Positions 48,020 to 61,134 are shown, numbered from the whole stretch's first letter. The stretch is DNA of 63,265 nucleotides, filler included, from Globobulimina sp. (GCA_003354225.1; 54 parts of 54 records of this genome joined end to end with filler, not necessarily neighbours in it), one strand, 5' to 3'. Made by a program: numbers and translations. The notes: generated by a model not told the origin, from the letters alone.

Positions 48020-48119
48020 NNNNNNNNNNNNNNNNNNNNNNNNNNNNNNNNNNNNNNNNNNNNTTAATTAATTAANNNNNNNNNNNNNNNNNNNNNNNNN
48101 NNNNNNNNNNNNNNNNNNN

Positions 48120-48993
48120 TAAATATCAATTAATACTTTAATGTCAGAGCTGAAATAAAATGAATCCAAATTATATTTGAATAGATTGCTATTGAAAGAA
48201 ATCAATAATTCCAATCTATCATCGGCACATTCATTAAAATCAATGCTGTTTAATAATTTGAAATAAAATTGTGTAAAATGTCTCAATGTATCGGAGGATA
48301 ACTTATTTTCGAGTAATTGTAAAAATAATTTCATGTCTGATTTGTTACTGCGGCCAATTAAATATATTAACGACGAGGAGGCTGTTTCAATCACATCAAT
48401 GTACTCACTTTCTAACATTAAACATAATATTTCTATAAACAGTGCTTCAATCTTCATCTTTTTGTGATAAATTGCCATAAATTCCATCAATTTTAATCTA
48501 TTTACGGTATCAAACCGTGCTGAGAGGATGTTTATTTTTTACATGTATTTATGTGTAGAAAATATAATTATAATTAACTGAGGTTTGTATGATATTTGAT
48601 TGAACATAAAATGTGTTGGTACGCATGCGTTACTATAATAGGACATAATTTCGCTGCATTGAGACTTCCAAACATTACTAATATTTGACACAATAAACTC
48701 AACGCTGATGCATTACTGTAATCATCCACTGTTTCCTCGGTGTCTTCTGTTTCTTCATTCTCTTCCTTCTGTTCATTTTCTTCAATTTCTAATTGAACCA
48801 ACCTTTCAGTCGCTTTACTTAATAATATCATACTTTCATAATTATTCGTTGATAAATATTCCATCCATTCTTGTGGTGAGTTTTCTGAGTTCATTAGGTA
48901 TTCTATCACAGTCACGAACGTCTCTTGCAATCGGTCAGTAGTTGAATATTTAAGCGCATTTTCGCCAATGTCTACTGGCAATTCAATGGACAT
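48120..48993 (-). CDS. SPIN90/Ldb17 (NCKIPSD-like) domain protein; intron 48578-48520
   Basis: FYFSSDIKVLIDI motif; the intron joins two ORFs in frame. Confidence 0.65.
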
Positions 48994-49292
48994 TATTAGG
49001 GGTCTCCGATATGTACTGAATTTTCATTCAGTTTGACAGAGTTTTTCATTTTTTTTAACAATCCTGTCGAACAGCATTATAAACTAAGCATTATAAACTA
49101 AACAGAAAGGAATATGGCAAAGATATTGAATTTAAGGATCCGCTCATTCAACGAAACCAATTATTATTACCAAACATTACATCGTTGGAAAANNNNNNNN
49201 NNNNNNNNNNNNNNNNNNNNNNNNNNNNNNNNNNNNTTAATTAATTAANNNNNNNNNNNNNNNNNNNNNNNNNNNNNNNNNNNNNNNNNNNN

Positions 49293-50320
49293 CAATTGTT
49301 GTACATCAATAACATATTCAATGTCACTTCCTAACTCCACCGATTCCTCACTGTGAAATAATTTTTCATGACTCCTCATTTCCAACATATGATGTCTTTG
49401 GCTGTAATACCATGCAAAAAAATTGCCAGTGCCGGTCTGTGACAACAAAACGTCGGCAATGTATAAGACATACATATGCGACGAGGGCAAACGCGCCAGA
49501 ATCACCTGAATAATATAAGAAAATGTTGCTGTGCGAGGATAAATAATATGAAAACGTTAACTTTCGAAGTGATTGGAAGTATAAATATCACTGTGAATAC
49601 CACTAAAAATAGATACGTTGAGGTATTGGATTTGGACAGAATCCAGAATGGATGGCAACATCTGATGTATGCGAATACGGAGAGTATATACAACACAGTG
49701 CAATATAATATGACCAAGGAGGGGATGTAAATGATCTGATAATCAAATGCATTGATCCCCTCATCGTAATATAAGATGACTAGTATGGTTTGTATGGCGG
49801 AGTGGAGGATGGATAGTGATATTATGACACAATGAATGCGTTTGGGTGTGATCGAATGTGCTGTGAAGATGGAGCGTTTCCGTAAATAGCGAAATATACA
49901 GAAACAGATGACGCCATAACAGATGATATCGTTTGATATTAGCGACCAAGTTATAAAGTCTTCGACTAAACAGATTATGCCAGAGATTGAGCCGTTTAAA
50001 TTGCACGTTGTTAACACATTAAATGCGGAGCGAAAATGGCGAAATAGTTTAAGTAACGAACGGAAGATATCTGAGATGGACATTAGAATTACAAATTCTG
50101 TGACTGCATAATCGGCACTGTTGTTTAGTAGATTATCCATTGAAATATCCATCGACAATGCTAATTTCGCCTGTTGTTGAGCTATGTGACGAGTTCGAGA
50201 TATTGCTTGCGTCAATAAACAGGCGCATATTAATGATACCAATGATAATGTTGACAATATAATTTCTAACCAAGGTTTATAGGAATCTGCTATGTCAAAT
50301 TCCGAGGACATTGTTTTCAA
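49293..50320 (-). CDS. GPCR-like 7TM protein (cAMP-receptor/class B-like), frameshifted near 49505
   Basis: LMSISD, extracellular Cys, six or more TM segments. Confidence 0.55.
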
Positions 50321-50465
50321 GTTTTAAATTTTCAAGCGACACTTACTGACAGCTTAGAAAATGCCNNNNNNNNNNNNNNNNNNNNNNNNNNNNNNNNNNN
50401 NNNNNNNNNTTAATTAATTAANNNNNNNNNNNNNNNNNNNNNNNNNNNNNNNNNNNNNNNNNNNN

Positions 50466-51486
50466 TATATTGACGACAGTGGCATGGCCCCGGCCTTACA
50501 GCCCACCGCCTTACGTCTTAATCGCCGACTCACTGAACGAAAAACAAGGGACGACCTCGTATTGGCTGGTATCATACCAATGGACAACACCACCACTCCT
50601 CGCAACGGCAATGATAGCAATCGCAACAAAAGCACAGAACGAGAGAAAAAGAAGAAAAAAAAGAAGAAAAAAGGCAAACGAAACAGTCGAAGTGAGAAAC
50701 ACGAGAAAACCCCATCGATTTTGTGGACCGAGGTGAAGAAAGCAAATAAAAAGAAGAAATCAAAGAAAATAGGTGCTGGACATGACGATGACGAGAATGT
50801 GTCCTCTACGGGACACCGCGTGGGCGATCGGGTCAGATTGACCAAAGGGAGGAGTGGTACTATTCGCTATATTGGCAAGCCACACTTTGCTAAGGACGAA
50901 CGCATTGGCATTGATTTGGACAAATGGAGTGCCAAAGGACATGATGGCAGGGTAGGCAAGTTTAGATATTTTAGTACCAAGTATGGCCATGGCACCTTTG
51001 TCACGAAAATGGCGGTGATAGAGAAGCTAAAGTCGGCCGCTGCCAATTCGTCCAATGCCTCGGCACAGTTTAATATCGGCGATTATGTCGAGATTAAAGG
51101 TGATCGCAAAGGCTTTATACGATATATTGGCAGTACAGGTGCGTGTTTATTCACTTTATTGTAGATATTGCATCCTCGCACTTACAACACAACAAATGCA
51201 AAGGGATTGTACGTGGCTGCTTAGTTGGCATTGAATTGGATGAAAAATCGCCAGCCGGACATGATGGCAGATTTGGTGGTAAGAATTATTTTGAATGTCC
51301 AGAAGGACATGGAATATTTGTTCGGATTATTGATGTGTTGAAGATACTAAAAACTGCCAAACAGCTGGAAAAAGAAGCAAATGGCGGCAATATTGAAACT
51401 ATACCCGATGATGTCGAGATATCTGAGGAAACTATATCGGATGCATTAAATATTGGCGATAGAGTTACTTTAGCAAATAAAAAACA
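50466..51486 (+). CDS. RPEL-motif plus multi-CAP-Gly protein; intron 51139-51203
   Basis: LNRRLTERKTRDDLVLAGII (RPEL-like); GIDLD..GHDG..RYF..HGTFV twice, and a third repeat starting. Confidence 0.85.
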
Positions 51487-51639
51487 GGTTAAGTTTCATA
51501 TCATAGTCCAGATAAATCTCTACCTTGTTTCAAATGTCNNNNNNNNNNNNNNNNNNNNNNNNNNNNNNNNNNNNNNNNNNNNTTAATTAATTAANNNNNN
51601 NNNNNNNNNNNNNNNNNNNNNNNNNNNNNNNNNNNNNNA

Positions 51640-52089
51640 TTGAAGCCAGCAAAGGCATACTTAGAGTATGAATCAAATCTACCTGAAGCAGCTAGTTCAA
51701 ATTCCCTAGATTTGGAAACTCTACAAAAAGAATGGCCTGAATTCGACTCAGCTAAATCTATGCTTGGTCGTGCAAAACTTAAGAATATTCCTTCTGTCCC
51801 TGACCCTGCTGTACTTCCTGAAAAATTTCAAATTACATTGAGAGGTCGTCATGCTAATCCTGGTGACATTCATCACCGCGAAAAGTTCGTGTTGGCTTCT
51901 GGACAAAAACAGTTGCGAAATGATAGTGTCCTTCGCCCTTGGTATATATTTTCTTGCCCTTTTCTACTTCAGTTATTACATGTTGCAACAGTTTGGGTCT
52001 TGGATGGAACTTTCGAAATGTGTCCTCTCGTTTTTGTACAGTTCTACACGATACATATCTCTTCGAGTATTGGTCTGATGGAAATATAA
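51640..52089 (+). mobile_element. MULE (Mutator-like) transposase fragment
   Basis: WVLDGTFEMCPLVFVQFYTIH. Confidence 0.8.
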
Positions 52090-52811
52090 ACTATCCTACC
52101 GTGTTCAGCGTGAAATTCGGCACTAAGATCGAATCGTAATTTTAAAACTCAAAACTTATCATTCGGACTCGACAGACATAAATCCATTGATGTATCTATA
52201 CGGCCGGTCAATTTTTTCCTTACTTGCACCCTAATTTGTATTTCCCGCTCTCATATATAGGCCATCTAATTGATTGTACAGCGTTGTTTCCGCCTTGTTA
52301 CTGTTACTATGTATTATAAGGCAATTAAGGTATATAAGTGTAAGTAGTAATTAATATAAGGTAATATTTCCAATAAATTTAACTTTTAAACTGGATTTTC
52401 ACCATCTTGCATTTATGTTTACATAAGGATTAAAGGTCGTCTCTCTCTCTCCCTTAAGAGGGAACGGATTATAAGTGTAGTAATGGGACATAACCGCAAT
52501 TGACTGTTCTTTATAAATTTCATAACTAACTAAGTACTAAGCATTGCCGCAAGCCCAAAACAGATTTGTTTCAGAATTTGTAACTCCATAGATGGTCATG
52601 GTCTATAACGTCTCTTTAGTGTCTGTTTAGTTACAGGAGCAAAGGTCACCTGGCCAACAGTAAACAAACAAACAGAGATAGAGTCGTAATGTTTGTCTGG
52701 CTAGGTGACTANNNNNNNNNNNNNNNNNNNNNNNNNNNNNNNNNNNNNNNNNNNNTTAATTAATTAANNNNNNNNNNNNNNNNNNNNNNNNNNNNNNNNN
52801 NNNNNNNNNNN

Positions 52812-53072
52812 ACACACTAATGTACGAGCAGGAACATAGCCCGGGAAGAATTGATTACACACTTCATTCACGACATCTGCATGCTCTAAGTTGGTAAGAT
52901 ATATCGTCGTTTTAACAATATCGTGCATAGCATGACCCATACAGCCCAATATCAAGCGAATATTTTCAAAGCACTGAGTTGCTTGTTCCTTAACGCCTCC
53001 TGTGACCAACTCCCCTGTTTTTACGTCCAATGGCAGTTGAGCTGATAGGTTATTGTAGTGGGAAAAGGCAGC
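52812..53072 (-). CDS. Bacterial RidA/YjgF-family protein fragment
   Basis: AFSHYNNLSAQLPLD..KEQATQCFENI..DIVKTTIYL..FFPGYVPART. Confidence 0.85.
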
Positions 53073-53266
53073 AGACTGTCGTGATCCCAAATCAGGGTTT
53101 GCGCACCGATGGTCGCCAGAAAGACGTGATAGTCCCACAGGACAGGTAGATCGGGACGCTCGGAGGACCTCATCTGCCAAACGGCACAGGCTCTGTTCTC
53201 ATTGGTGACAAAGACGGCCTTTTTGTTCAATTGCGCAAAGTCGGCATGACCACAGAGTTTGGTCAT
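53059..53266 (-). CDS. NTAQ1: Protein N-terminal glutamine amidohydrolase fragment
   Basis: AVFVTN..VLWDYHVF..IWDHDSLLPFP. Confidence 0.85.
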
Positions 53267-54421
53267 CTAAAATATGATAATTCAAAATAATGCCATGTAA
53301 GTAATAGTTGCAAAATAAATGACCATAAAATTCATTCGTTTTAACGTAACACATTACATCCTTGGTTTTGACATGCAAAATTACGCAATTATTCTTCATT
53401 AGAGTTAATAATAATAATAAAAATTGGACTTAAGTAACTGTACGCGTTTACGCTCCATATCTTGATTTATCATATGAATAATCTCATCGTTCAACATAAA
53501 AGAAACATGCAAATGGTTCTAAACCGTCAATGGAAGTCCAGGCATGATTTAATTTTGAAAATAACGAAAATTTGTTGAACGTTGTTAATGAAAAAGAAGT
53601 TGAAAATAACGTAACCGAACTGGACCGGCAACGAATTATAGAACGATTGTCGGTAAATATTGCCAAAAACTGTATATTCATCGACTCCGCCTCTTACATT
53701 TTATTGGACAATCGGGGAGCCGATTGGTGTCTTAAAGCGACATCTGTGTATGACACTTGACAATACATTTTACCGTTTTTACAATTTTATAGGTTATGAA
53801 ACAATTTGACTGCACCTTTTTAAAAATTGGACTCCTTTAACTTGTTCTCATTTTGACATGTCGCAATTATAATCTAGTAGTTAGNNNNNNNNNNNNNNNN
53901 NNNNNNNNNNNNNNNNNNNNNNNNNNNNTTAATTAATTAANNNNNNNNNNNNNNNNNNNNNNNNNNNNNNNNNNNNNNNNNNNNCAGCAAAATGTTTTTT
54001 TCAAGTTGGTCAGGCAGTTTCTTTTACTGTTTCTGTTCCTTGCCATTTTGCCGTTGGTGACCCAGTTGCTTTTGTGTTGGGAGGATAACACTATGTTGGA
54101 AAGTGGTGGTTCAACTGTACAAAATAGCGGAACCGATGTTGGCTCCATGCTCGACATTGAGCATTTAATGTTTTTAGACTGCCGCAAATCTGTTTCACAA
54201 CTACAAAAGCTCCACACTTCTGTTCCTCAAAAAAGGTGCCGTAATGAATTATAAAGGGATAACATCAGGATATAACGTTGAAACACATCAATTGAGTTAT
54301 GTCAAATTCGACAGCGACACTTCTTTCGGTCATTGGATAGTATAGGATAGGATAGTATAGGATAGTATATGATGTTCTAGCCACAAGCACTGGATTTTTA
54401 AAGGAGAAACATCAAAAGAGA

Positions 54422-54914
54422 TTGATCAAAATATTCAATGGAATTTGCAACGACGTTGAGATATTAAAAGAAAAGTACGAAAGGGGAATCCAAGCTTCAA
54501 ATGGTCGCATTAAAGCACATATAAATCAATTCTATGTAACATATGAAGATATAAATCGATTAAAAGACTCAGATATTTTATTTGATGACATATTTAATAA
54601 ACCAGAGGATATAGAAATGCTGCAAGATATATTTTTTTGCTGTATACATTAGAACTGGAATGTACGGTCATTGCGATTATACACGATTTGGTGGTGCGGT
54701 TAGTGTCATTAATTTATATACCTTTCACAATCCAAGTTATAAAAACAAAAAAAATGAATGCTCTCCAAATGGAAAAACGATCAATTTTGCAATGCACGGA
54801 AGTAAATCGACTAATATTCGAGCAAGATTTAGGAATGAGTTTTATGACATCATTACAAAGAAAACATGGCATGATGTTGATAAATTAAAGGGATGTATTT
54901 TTAGTTTATTTTAA
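54422..54914 (+). pseudogene. Possible degenerate AlkB-like 2OG-Fe(II) oxygenase
   Basis: GMYGHCDYTRFGGAVSVINL resembles HxD..FG..V..L; frameshift at a T-run near 54635. Confidence 0.3.
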
Positions 54915-55358
54915 ACGCTATATTTTTAGTTTATGTCTATTTTCGCTCTATATAATAAAATGAAAGGAAAAAAAATGAAATGAAAAAAATGAAATGAAAT
55001 AAATGAATTGAAAATGACAAATGAAATGAAAATGAAAAATGAAACATGAAATGAAAANNNNNNNNNNNNNNNNNNNNNNNNNNNNNNNNNNNNNNNNNNN
55101 NTTAATTAATTAANNNNNNNNNNNNNNNNNNNNNNNNNNNNNNNNNNNNNNNNNNNNTCTGCTACCATGAATGATGAATTTCGTCTACACCGATAACAAG
55201 AAAAATTAAATTTAATAATTGGTGCGATATAAGCAACCAAAATTCAGTACGTACGTCCCTCAAAACAATGTAAAAAACACAATAAAAACACGATCAAAAC
55301 ACAATAAAACATATTGAAGACACTTTCCAAAACATGACAAAACACATAAAAAAACATC

Positions 55359-56228
55359 TCAGAAAATCAACAATATCAAGCTGCATATCATAACCATAGA
55401 TATTTTACTACAAATCATCAATGCCGCATCTGTACATAACCGATAACAAATATCATTTTCCACGCCATCAGTCACAATGATAGCTCTTGGAATATTATAT
55501 CGCAAAAAATTGCCAATAAATTCAAAATTGCTTCCTAACTCCTTACCATCCAAAATATGTCCATCCACTGTCATGCTGAACAACTTTCTGTCAACACCAA
55601 AGCCAACAAATATATCCCCACCAATATATTCCAGAGCCATTATCTGTTTTATATCCAATATCAAATCATTCCCCTCAACAATACCAATATTAGTAACCTC
55701 CACCAAATAAGAATCATCACTCAAATCCCTATCAATCGATATGGCCTCAAATAAATGCCCACCAACTTTCCCTGACAATCTATAAATACGTCCATCATCA
55801 AAATTAAATGCAATGACTTCGCCCGCGTGCACTTTGGCTGTGCTCCCATTAATATTCAAACTTGCATTGTGCCGACTGGTTATGAACTGAGTATTTGCTG
55901 TATTGGCATCAACAATGTATATTGCACTGCTTTTGTTGAGATAGTGCTCAGATATCTGACCCACAGCGCGTCTGTCACCAGAAATGGCATACAATGTGCC
56001 ATCACAACCAAATGCCAGATCCGCGATGCCTAAGTAATCTGAACCTGTTCCCAAACTGCCAATAATTTCCACAGTGCCTTCTGGAATGGAAATGCGTGCC
56101 AAGGCTCGAGGATGACCTCCGTCGCTGTAACCTCTTGCGTTTAAAACAACGACGTAAACTTGACCTGGTGGGATAATTCCGATTGACCATACAAAAACAT
56201 TTCGGATATTGTTTATTATCTGAATCAT
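55359..56228 (-). CDS. Beta-propeller-like extracellular protein with a C-terminal hydrophobic anchor
   Basis: Repeated DLAFG.DGTLYA / IAFN.DDGRIY blades; hydrophobic C-terminus. Confidence 0.6.
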   Translation of the reverse strand: MIQIINNIRNVFVWSIGIIPPGQVYVVVLNARGYSDGGHPRALARISIPEGTVEIIGSLGTGSDYLGIADLAFGCDGTLYAISGDRRAVGQISEHYLNKSSAIYIVDANTANTQFITSRHNASLNINGSTAKVHAGEVIAFNFDDGRIYRLSGKVGGHLFEAISIDRDLSDDSYLVEVTNIGIVEGNDLILDIKQIMALEYIGGDIFVGFGVDRKLFSMTVDGHILDGKELGSNFEFIGNFLRYNIPRAIIVTDGVENDICYRLCTDAALMICSKISMVMICSLILLIF

Positions 56229-57503
56229 TTNNNNNNNNNNNNNNNNNNNNNNNNNNNNNNNNNNNNNNNNNNNNTTAATTAATTAANNNNNNNNNNNNNN
56301 NNNNNNNNNNNNNNNNNNNNNNNNNNNNNNTTCCATTTCCATTTAATGAATTGATAGGACTCTTAAGAGTCTTATCTGTATCATACAAGACAGCAAGAAC
56401 ACTGACGAGAGAGCAGAGCCTAGAGAGGTGAACCTAAAGTTAGAAACGCAACATTTGGCTGGCATTTTGAAAACTGGCTGGCATTTAAAAGCAGAAATTA
56501 CGGACACAATTGTGAGCCTCAAATCAGGTTTTTGCTGCACTGTGATAATAATGTGTGGCAGATCCATTGTTTTGTTGTACCATTGAATATGTTTGATCTC
56601 CAATGTGTGATCCCATGAATGCATGTTTGTGTATGTTGATTTAAATTTGGATGAGCAACGTTTCTGTTCCTATTTATTTGTTGTCAGAGCGTTTAATGCA
56701 AGCCATGAACAAAATCACTTATTTAAGCAGTTTTTAATCTAAGGTGGTTTGGTCGAGCGACTCACCCGAGTTACCTAAGGGAAAGGTGCACTTTTTTACA
56801 CGCAACTTTATGCCCTAGTTAGCCCAAAATATTTCCCAAAAAAAACTATATAAGAAAACCTCTAATCAGCTATGGTATTTTCATATGATCAGAAAAAACT
56901 TGCTTTGTGTGTTAGAAATGAGCAACAAAAAGGAATAAATAAAATAAATGCAAACAGTCATCGTTTTTCCAAAGTAAATTGCAAATCGTATTGGGTGATG
57001 TTAGCGATGTCACTTTGTTGTCTTTGTACTAAATAGAGATTATTATAGTTTTTATAGTCATTATTTTTAAAAAATTGTGGTGTTGAGGCACACTCATAAT
57101 TTGCAGATAATTGTTGTAAAATATTCAAACAATTTATTTTTAACTGAGCCAATTTATTAAAAAAATGAGTTTCATTCATTATATTAATATTAATATGATA
57201 TTTATATGCAATCTGGAACTTTAATTGAATATAATTTAATTTGTCACATTTTGAAATTAAATATTTTAAAGTGTCTGCAAATTCATTTTCTAACTTACAA
57301 TCAATACAAATATATTCAATGTTGCTGCAATTATCGGCAATTAATCTTAAAATGTTGCAGGAAAAACAATTATTTTTATAAATATTTTCATTTTCAATAA
57401 CTGNNNNNNNNNNNNNNNNNNNNNNNNNNNNNNNNNNNNNNNNNNNNTTAATTAATTAANNNNNNNNNNNNNNNNNNNNNNNNNNNNNNNNNNNNNNNNN
57501 NNN

Positions 57504-57875
57504 TATATAGAGGTTATGTGTAAAGAACTTGGTGTTAGTATTAATAATAATGGCTCATGTATAGTGGTAGGAAATGATGTATATAAACCTTGTAGTATTG
57601 AAGAAAATAAATTTATTACCAAACATCAGAATCTTACCATTCAATCAGGAAATATTAAATTTGACAAAGAAGACGAATGTTTACCAGTTATATTTGCGAC
57701 ACCGAAATTACATAAAAATCCTTATAAATTTCGATTTATTGCTGGTGCTAGTAATTCTTCAACTAAACCAATGTCAAAAACTCTACATAGAATACTAACG
57801 CATTTTCAACAACATTTTGAAAGATATTGTACTACAGTTAGTAAAAGAAAGGGATTTAACTGTTATTGGTCTTAA
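57504..57875 (+). mobile_element. Penelope-like retroelement RT, N-terminal fragment
   Basis: LPVIFATPKLHKNPYKFRFIA..STKPMSK.L..IL. Confidence 0.8.
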
Positions 57876-59188
57876 CCGATGGAACTCCATTTTTGAATTC
57901 TTGAACTTTCTCAGGAAAAACACATTTTTGAACCTTTTTTGGTCCTTATAAATAGCTCTCGCACAGAATTGAGCATTAAAACGTGCCATTCATTGATGCC
58001 TCTCATATAATTCGCTTGAAAAGCAGCTGAATATTTTGTATCGAAAAAACATACATAATCATAAATCGATGTGTTTGATGTGTAATATGTACGAGTCCTA
58101 AAATCTACACTGTAATACTTATAATTGCGGCCATTTTTTGTTCTTTTGTATTAATGCAGTATGAATTGTATATAAAAACTTTATTTAAGTATTCATTTCA
58201 GAAAAAATATCATTAAAATATAGAAAACATGACTTAAAGCATCAAAAAAGAAAAATTGTACATAAAGCTGAATAAAACCATATAAAAATACTAGAAATCT
58301 GTAGAAAGACATGTTATTAGTATAAAAGGCATCAATTTGACAAAATCTGCAAATCACATACAACAAGACATATAAATTAACCATATTGGCCAAGGTGTAA
58401 CACAACAAAATATGAAAGCAGTAGGACAAATAAACTAGACTTATCTATACTTTTCTAGTAATATAAACAAGAGAAAAATAATCTGATTGGAAAGCACTAC
58501 AAATATAATAATATTATTCTGTACAGAGAACCTTTGGAACAGAACATTATTTTTCTGTACATCGACCATTCAGAATNNNNNNNNNNNNNNNNNNNNNNNN
58601 NNNNNNNNNNNNNNNNNNNNTTAATTAATTAANNNNNNNNNNNNNNNNNNNNNNNNNNNNNNNNNNNNNNNNNNNNCGAATTTATAATTGAATTTTCGGT
58701 ATACAAAGGGAGAGTGGGTTTATCCGAACAGAGGGTGGTTATCTTTTGGAATATATCGTTTAAATAAATCTTTTTGTCATCTGATAGTTTTCCTATTAGA
58801 TGCAATACAAAAAACAATATATTCCTTTCCCACAAATGTTGTTGGTGGAATTTTGCAATATATGAAGAAGTCAGAATGCATAGTAGCTAATGTAATTTTG
58901 TTTTCTGTGGTGTTGTTCTCAGGACGTGACGTTGTACAATGAATCCTCAAGACACTACACATTCCATAGCACCTACGGAAATCGACTACGATTTGGGTGA
59001 TCGACCAACTCCAAAAGTTGGAATCCGATCGTGTCGATTTCAGTAACAATACGTGGCACCTTGGTAATTCGGTCACTAATTCCGAATAAATGCAAATATG
59101 AACAACAAAAATTTGATATACATACATTGCCAATAGTTTGTAAATTATACATATTTATTTGGATTTAGTCATATACGATTCTCCACAA

Positions 59189-59749
59189 TTACAGCTTTGA
59201 TTTTGGTTTAGAGTGAAGATTTACAAGCTTGTGCATCATATATTTTGCGATTAGGGGTCTCATGAATGCATTAAATATCCATGGAGTATAATACGACATA
59301 TATGCTACATTCAGTGTAGGTCCTTTACATTGCCAACTTTCTCGTATCTTGTGACTCATTGCAATACAAATCAATTCAGCACATCTTTTACTTGTCATTC
59401 CATTCTGTAATAACTTTGACTTTCTATTTGCTTTCGCCCCATTGGCCATTATCAAGTTTGCATCGATGGATGTTGCAACTGGTCCGGGTAACGCATCCGT
59501 GATAGTAATATTTTTATATTGTTGCATTTCTTGCGCCAAACTAGCACCAAATGTTAATAAACCTGCTTTTGCCGCATTGTAAACAGTTTGTGTTGGTGCT
59601 ACAACATATAAAGCCACTGAACCAATATTACAAATATGACCGAATACATTCTCATTTTTATTATTATTTATAATATCTGTCAGTACAAGTTTTGTTAATA
59701 CCATTGGTGACACTAAGTTTGTTTGTAACATTTGAACAATATTTATAGC
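59189..59749 (-). CDS. Short-chain dehydrogenase/reductase (DHRS7-like), C-terminal part
   Basis: TNL, NIGS, YNAAK, PGPVAT; ends in SKL (PTS1-like). Confidence 0.85.
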   Translation of the reverse strand, partial: AINIVQMLQTNLVSPMVLTKLVLTDIINNNKNENVFGHICNIGSVALYVVAPTQTVYNAAKAGLLTFGASLAQEMQQYKNITITDALPGPVATSIDANLIMANGAKANRKSKLLQNGMTSKRCAELICIAMSHKIRESWQCKGPTLNVAYMSYYTPWIFNAFMRPLIAKYMMHKLVNLHSKPKSKL

Positions 59750-59855
59750 NNNNNNNNNNNNNNNNNNNNNNNNNNNNNNNNNNNNNNNNNNNNTTAATTA
59801 ATTAANNNNNNNNNNNNNNNNNNNNNNNNNNNNNNNNNNNNNNNNNNNNATGACA

Positions 59856-60085
59856 TTATCCCCCGGTGGAGGTTTAGGTGGATTATCGCCAAATTGAGTA
59901 CGACATATTAGACTTTTAAAGATAAAAGGTAATTGTTACATTTGTTTGAGTTCTGGGCATACTGCTAAGGACTGTCGCTCGACTAGGCCATGTTATCACT
60001 GTAAAAAACGTGGTAACCATCATACAAGTCTAATATGTCGTACTCAATTTGGCGATAATCCACCTAAACCTCCACCGGGGGATAA
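59856..60085. repeat. 60-bp inverted duplication at the contig start
   Basis: 59856-59915 is the reverse complement of 60026-60085. Confidence 0.9.
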
Positions 60086-60897
60086 GCCTCCAACTGGAGA
60101 ACCCAGTCATATGAGTTTTGATAGTATTAAAAATACTGGTTTCTTAGCTTCTAACCATACCTATGTGCATATGCAAACTGCACTTACTATCATGGCTAAT
60201 GAAAACGAAAGTGCATGTACTACGACTAATGGCAGATACGGCTGCTTCTAAAACATATGTTTCTGATAATTTGGCTAAACAAATTCACCTAAAACCGACT
60301 GGTGAAGAAATTATTCCAATTATTACTTTTAATTCAACTAAAATCGAGCATCTCACTTGTAGTATTGCGACAATGATTGTAATTCCTAAAACCGGTCCAA
60401 AAATGCCTATTGAGGTATATATTGTGCCTAAAATTTCGGATTGTTGCATGACACGTATGCCACTAACTGTACCCCTACCTGTGGATCGAAATACCTTAGC
60501 CGATCGAGTTCCCCCTACTGAGGAAAATGTACCTATAGATTTTCTTCTGGGAAATAATTACTATTTAAAGTTTTTAATTTTAGAACAAATAAAGGTAACT
60601 GACGATTTATATCTGCAAAATTCTGATTTCGGCTGGTATCTTTCGGGTCAAACCAAAATTGACAAAAATTATAAGGGTATTGATACCAATCTCTTTTGCG
60701 TTACGTACGGTAACACGTCGCCATTACCAAATAGTTATTTGACTGCTCCTGACCCTTCACTTCCGGTCAAACCTGATTCCGAAACCTTTTGGGAACTCGA
60801 AAATATTGGAATTACCGACCCCCCAAAACTTTCGGACGATACGATCGCTTTAGATAATTTTAGTAAAACTGTTAAAATCGAAAATAAACGATACTAG
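59916..60897 (+). mobile_element. BEL/Pao LTR retrotransposon gag zinc knuckles plus aspartic protease, frameshifted
   Basis: CYICLSSGHTAKDC, CYHC..HHTSLIC, LMADTAASKTYV, IDFLLG, FGWYLSG, FWELENIGI. Confidence 0.85.
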
Positions 60898-61134
60898 GGG
60901 GAAAAATGCCCTCCGGGCATGNNNNNNNNNNNNNNNNNNNNNNNNNNNNNNNNNNNNNNNNNNNNTTAATTAATTAANNNNNNNNNNNNNNNNNNNNNNN
61001 NNNNNNNNNNNNNNNNNNNNNATATTTGATTTATGCATCAAGTCACAGATTTGCTATTAATATCCATTTAACTCTCAAAATGTATACAAAAATTCGTGTG
61101 CGAGAAACGAAAAAACTGTTTTTTTGCTCAACAA

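Noticed and set aside
54960-55057. (ATGAA)n and (ATCAA)n (28625-28670) runs as telomeric repeats
   Set aside because: Degenerate microsatellites with no consistent G-rich unit
59856-60085. Inverted repeat as a transposon TIR
   Set aside because: Exact inverted copy of nearby gag coding sequence at a contig edge; typical amplification fold-back
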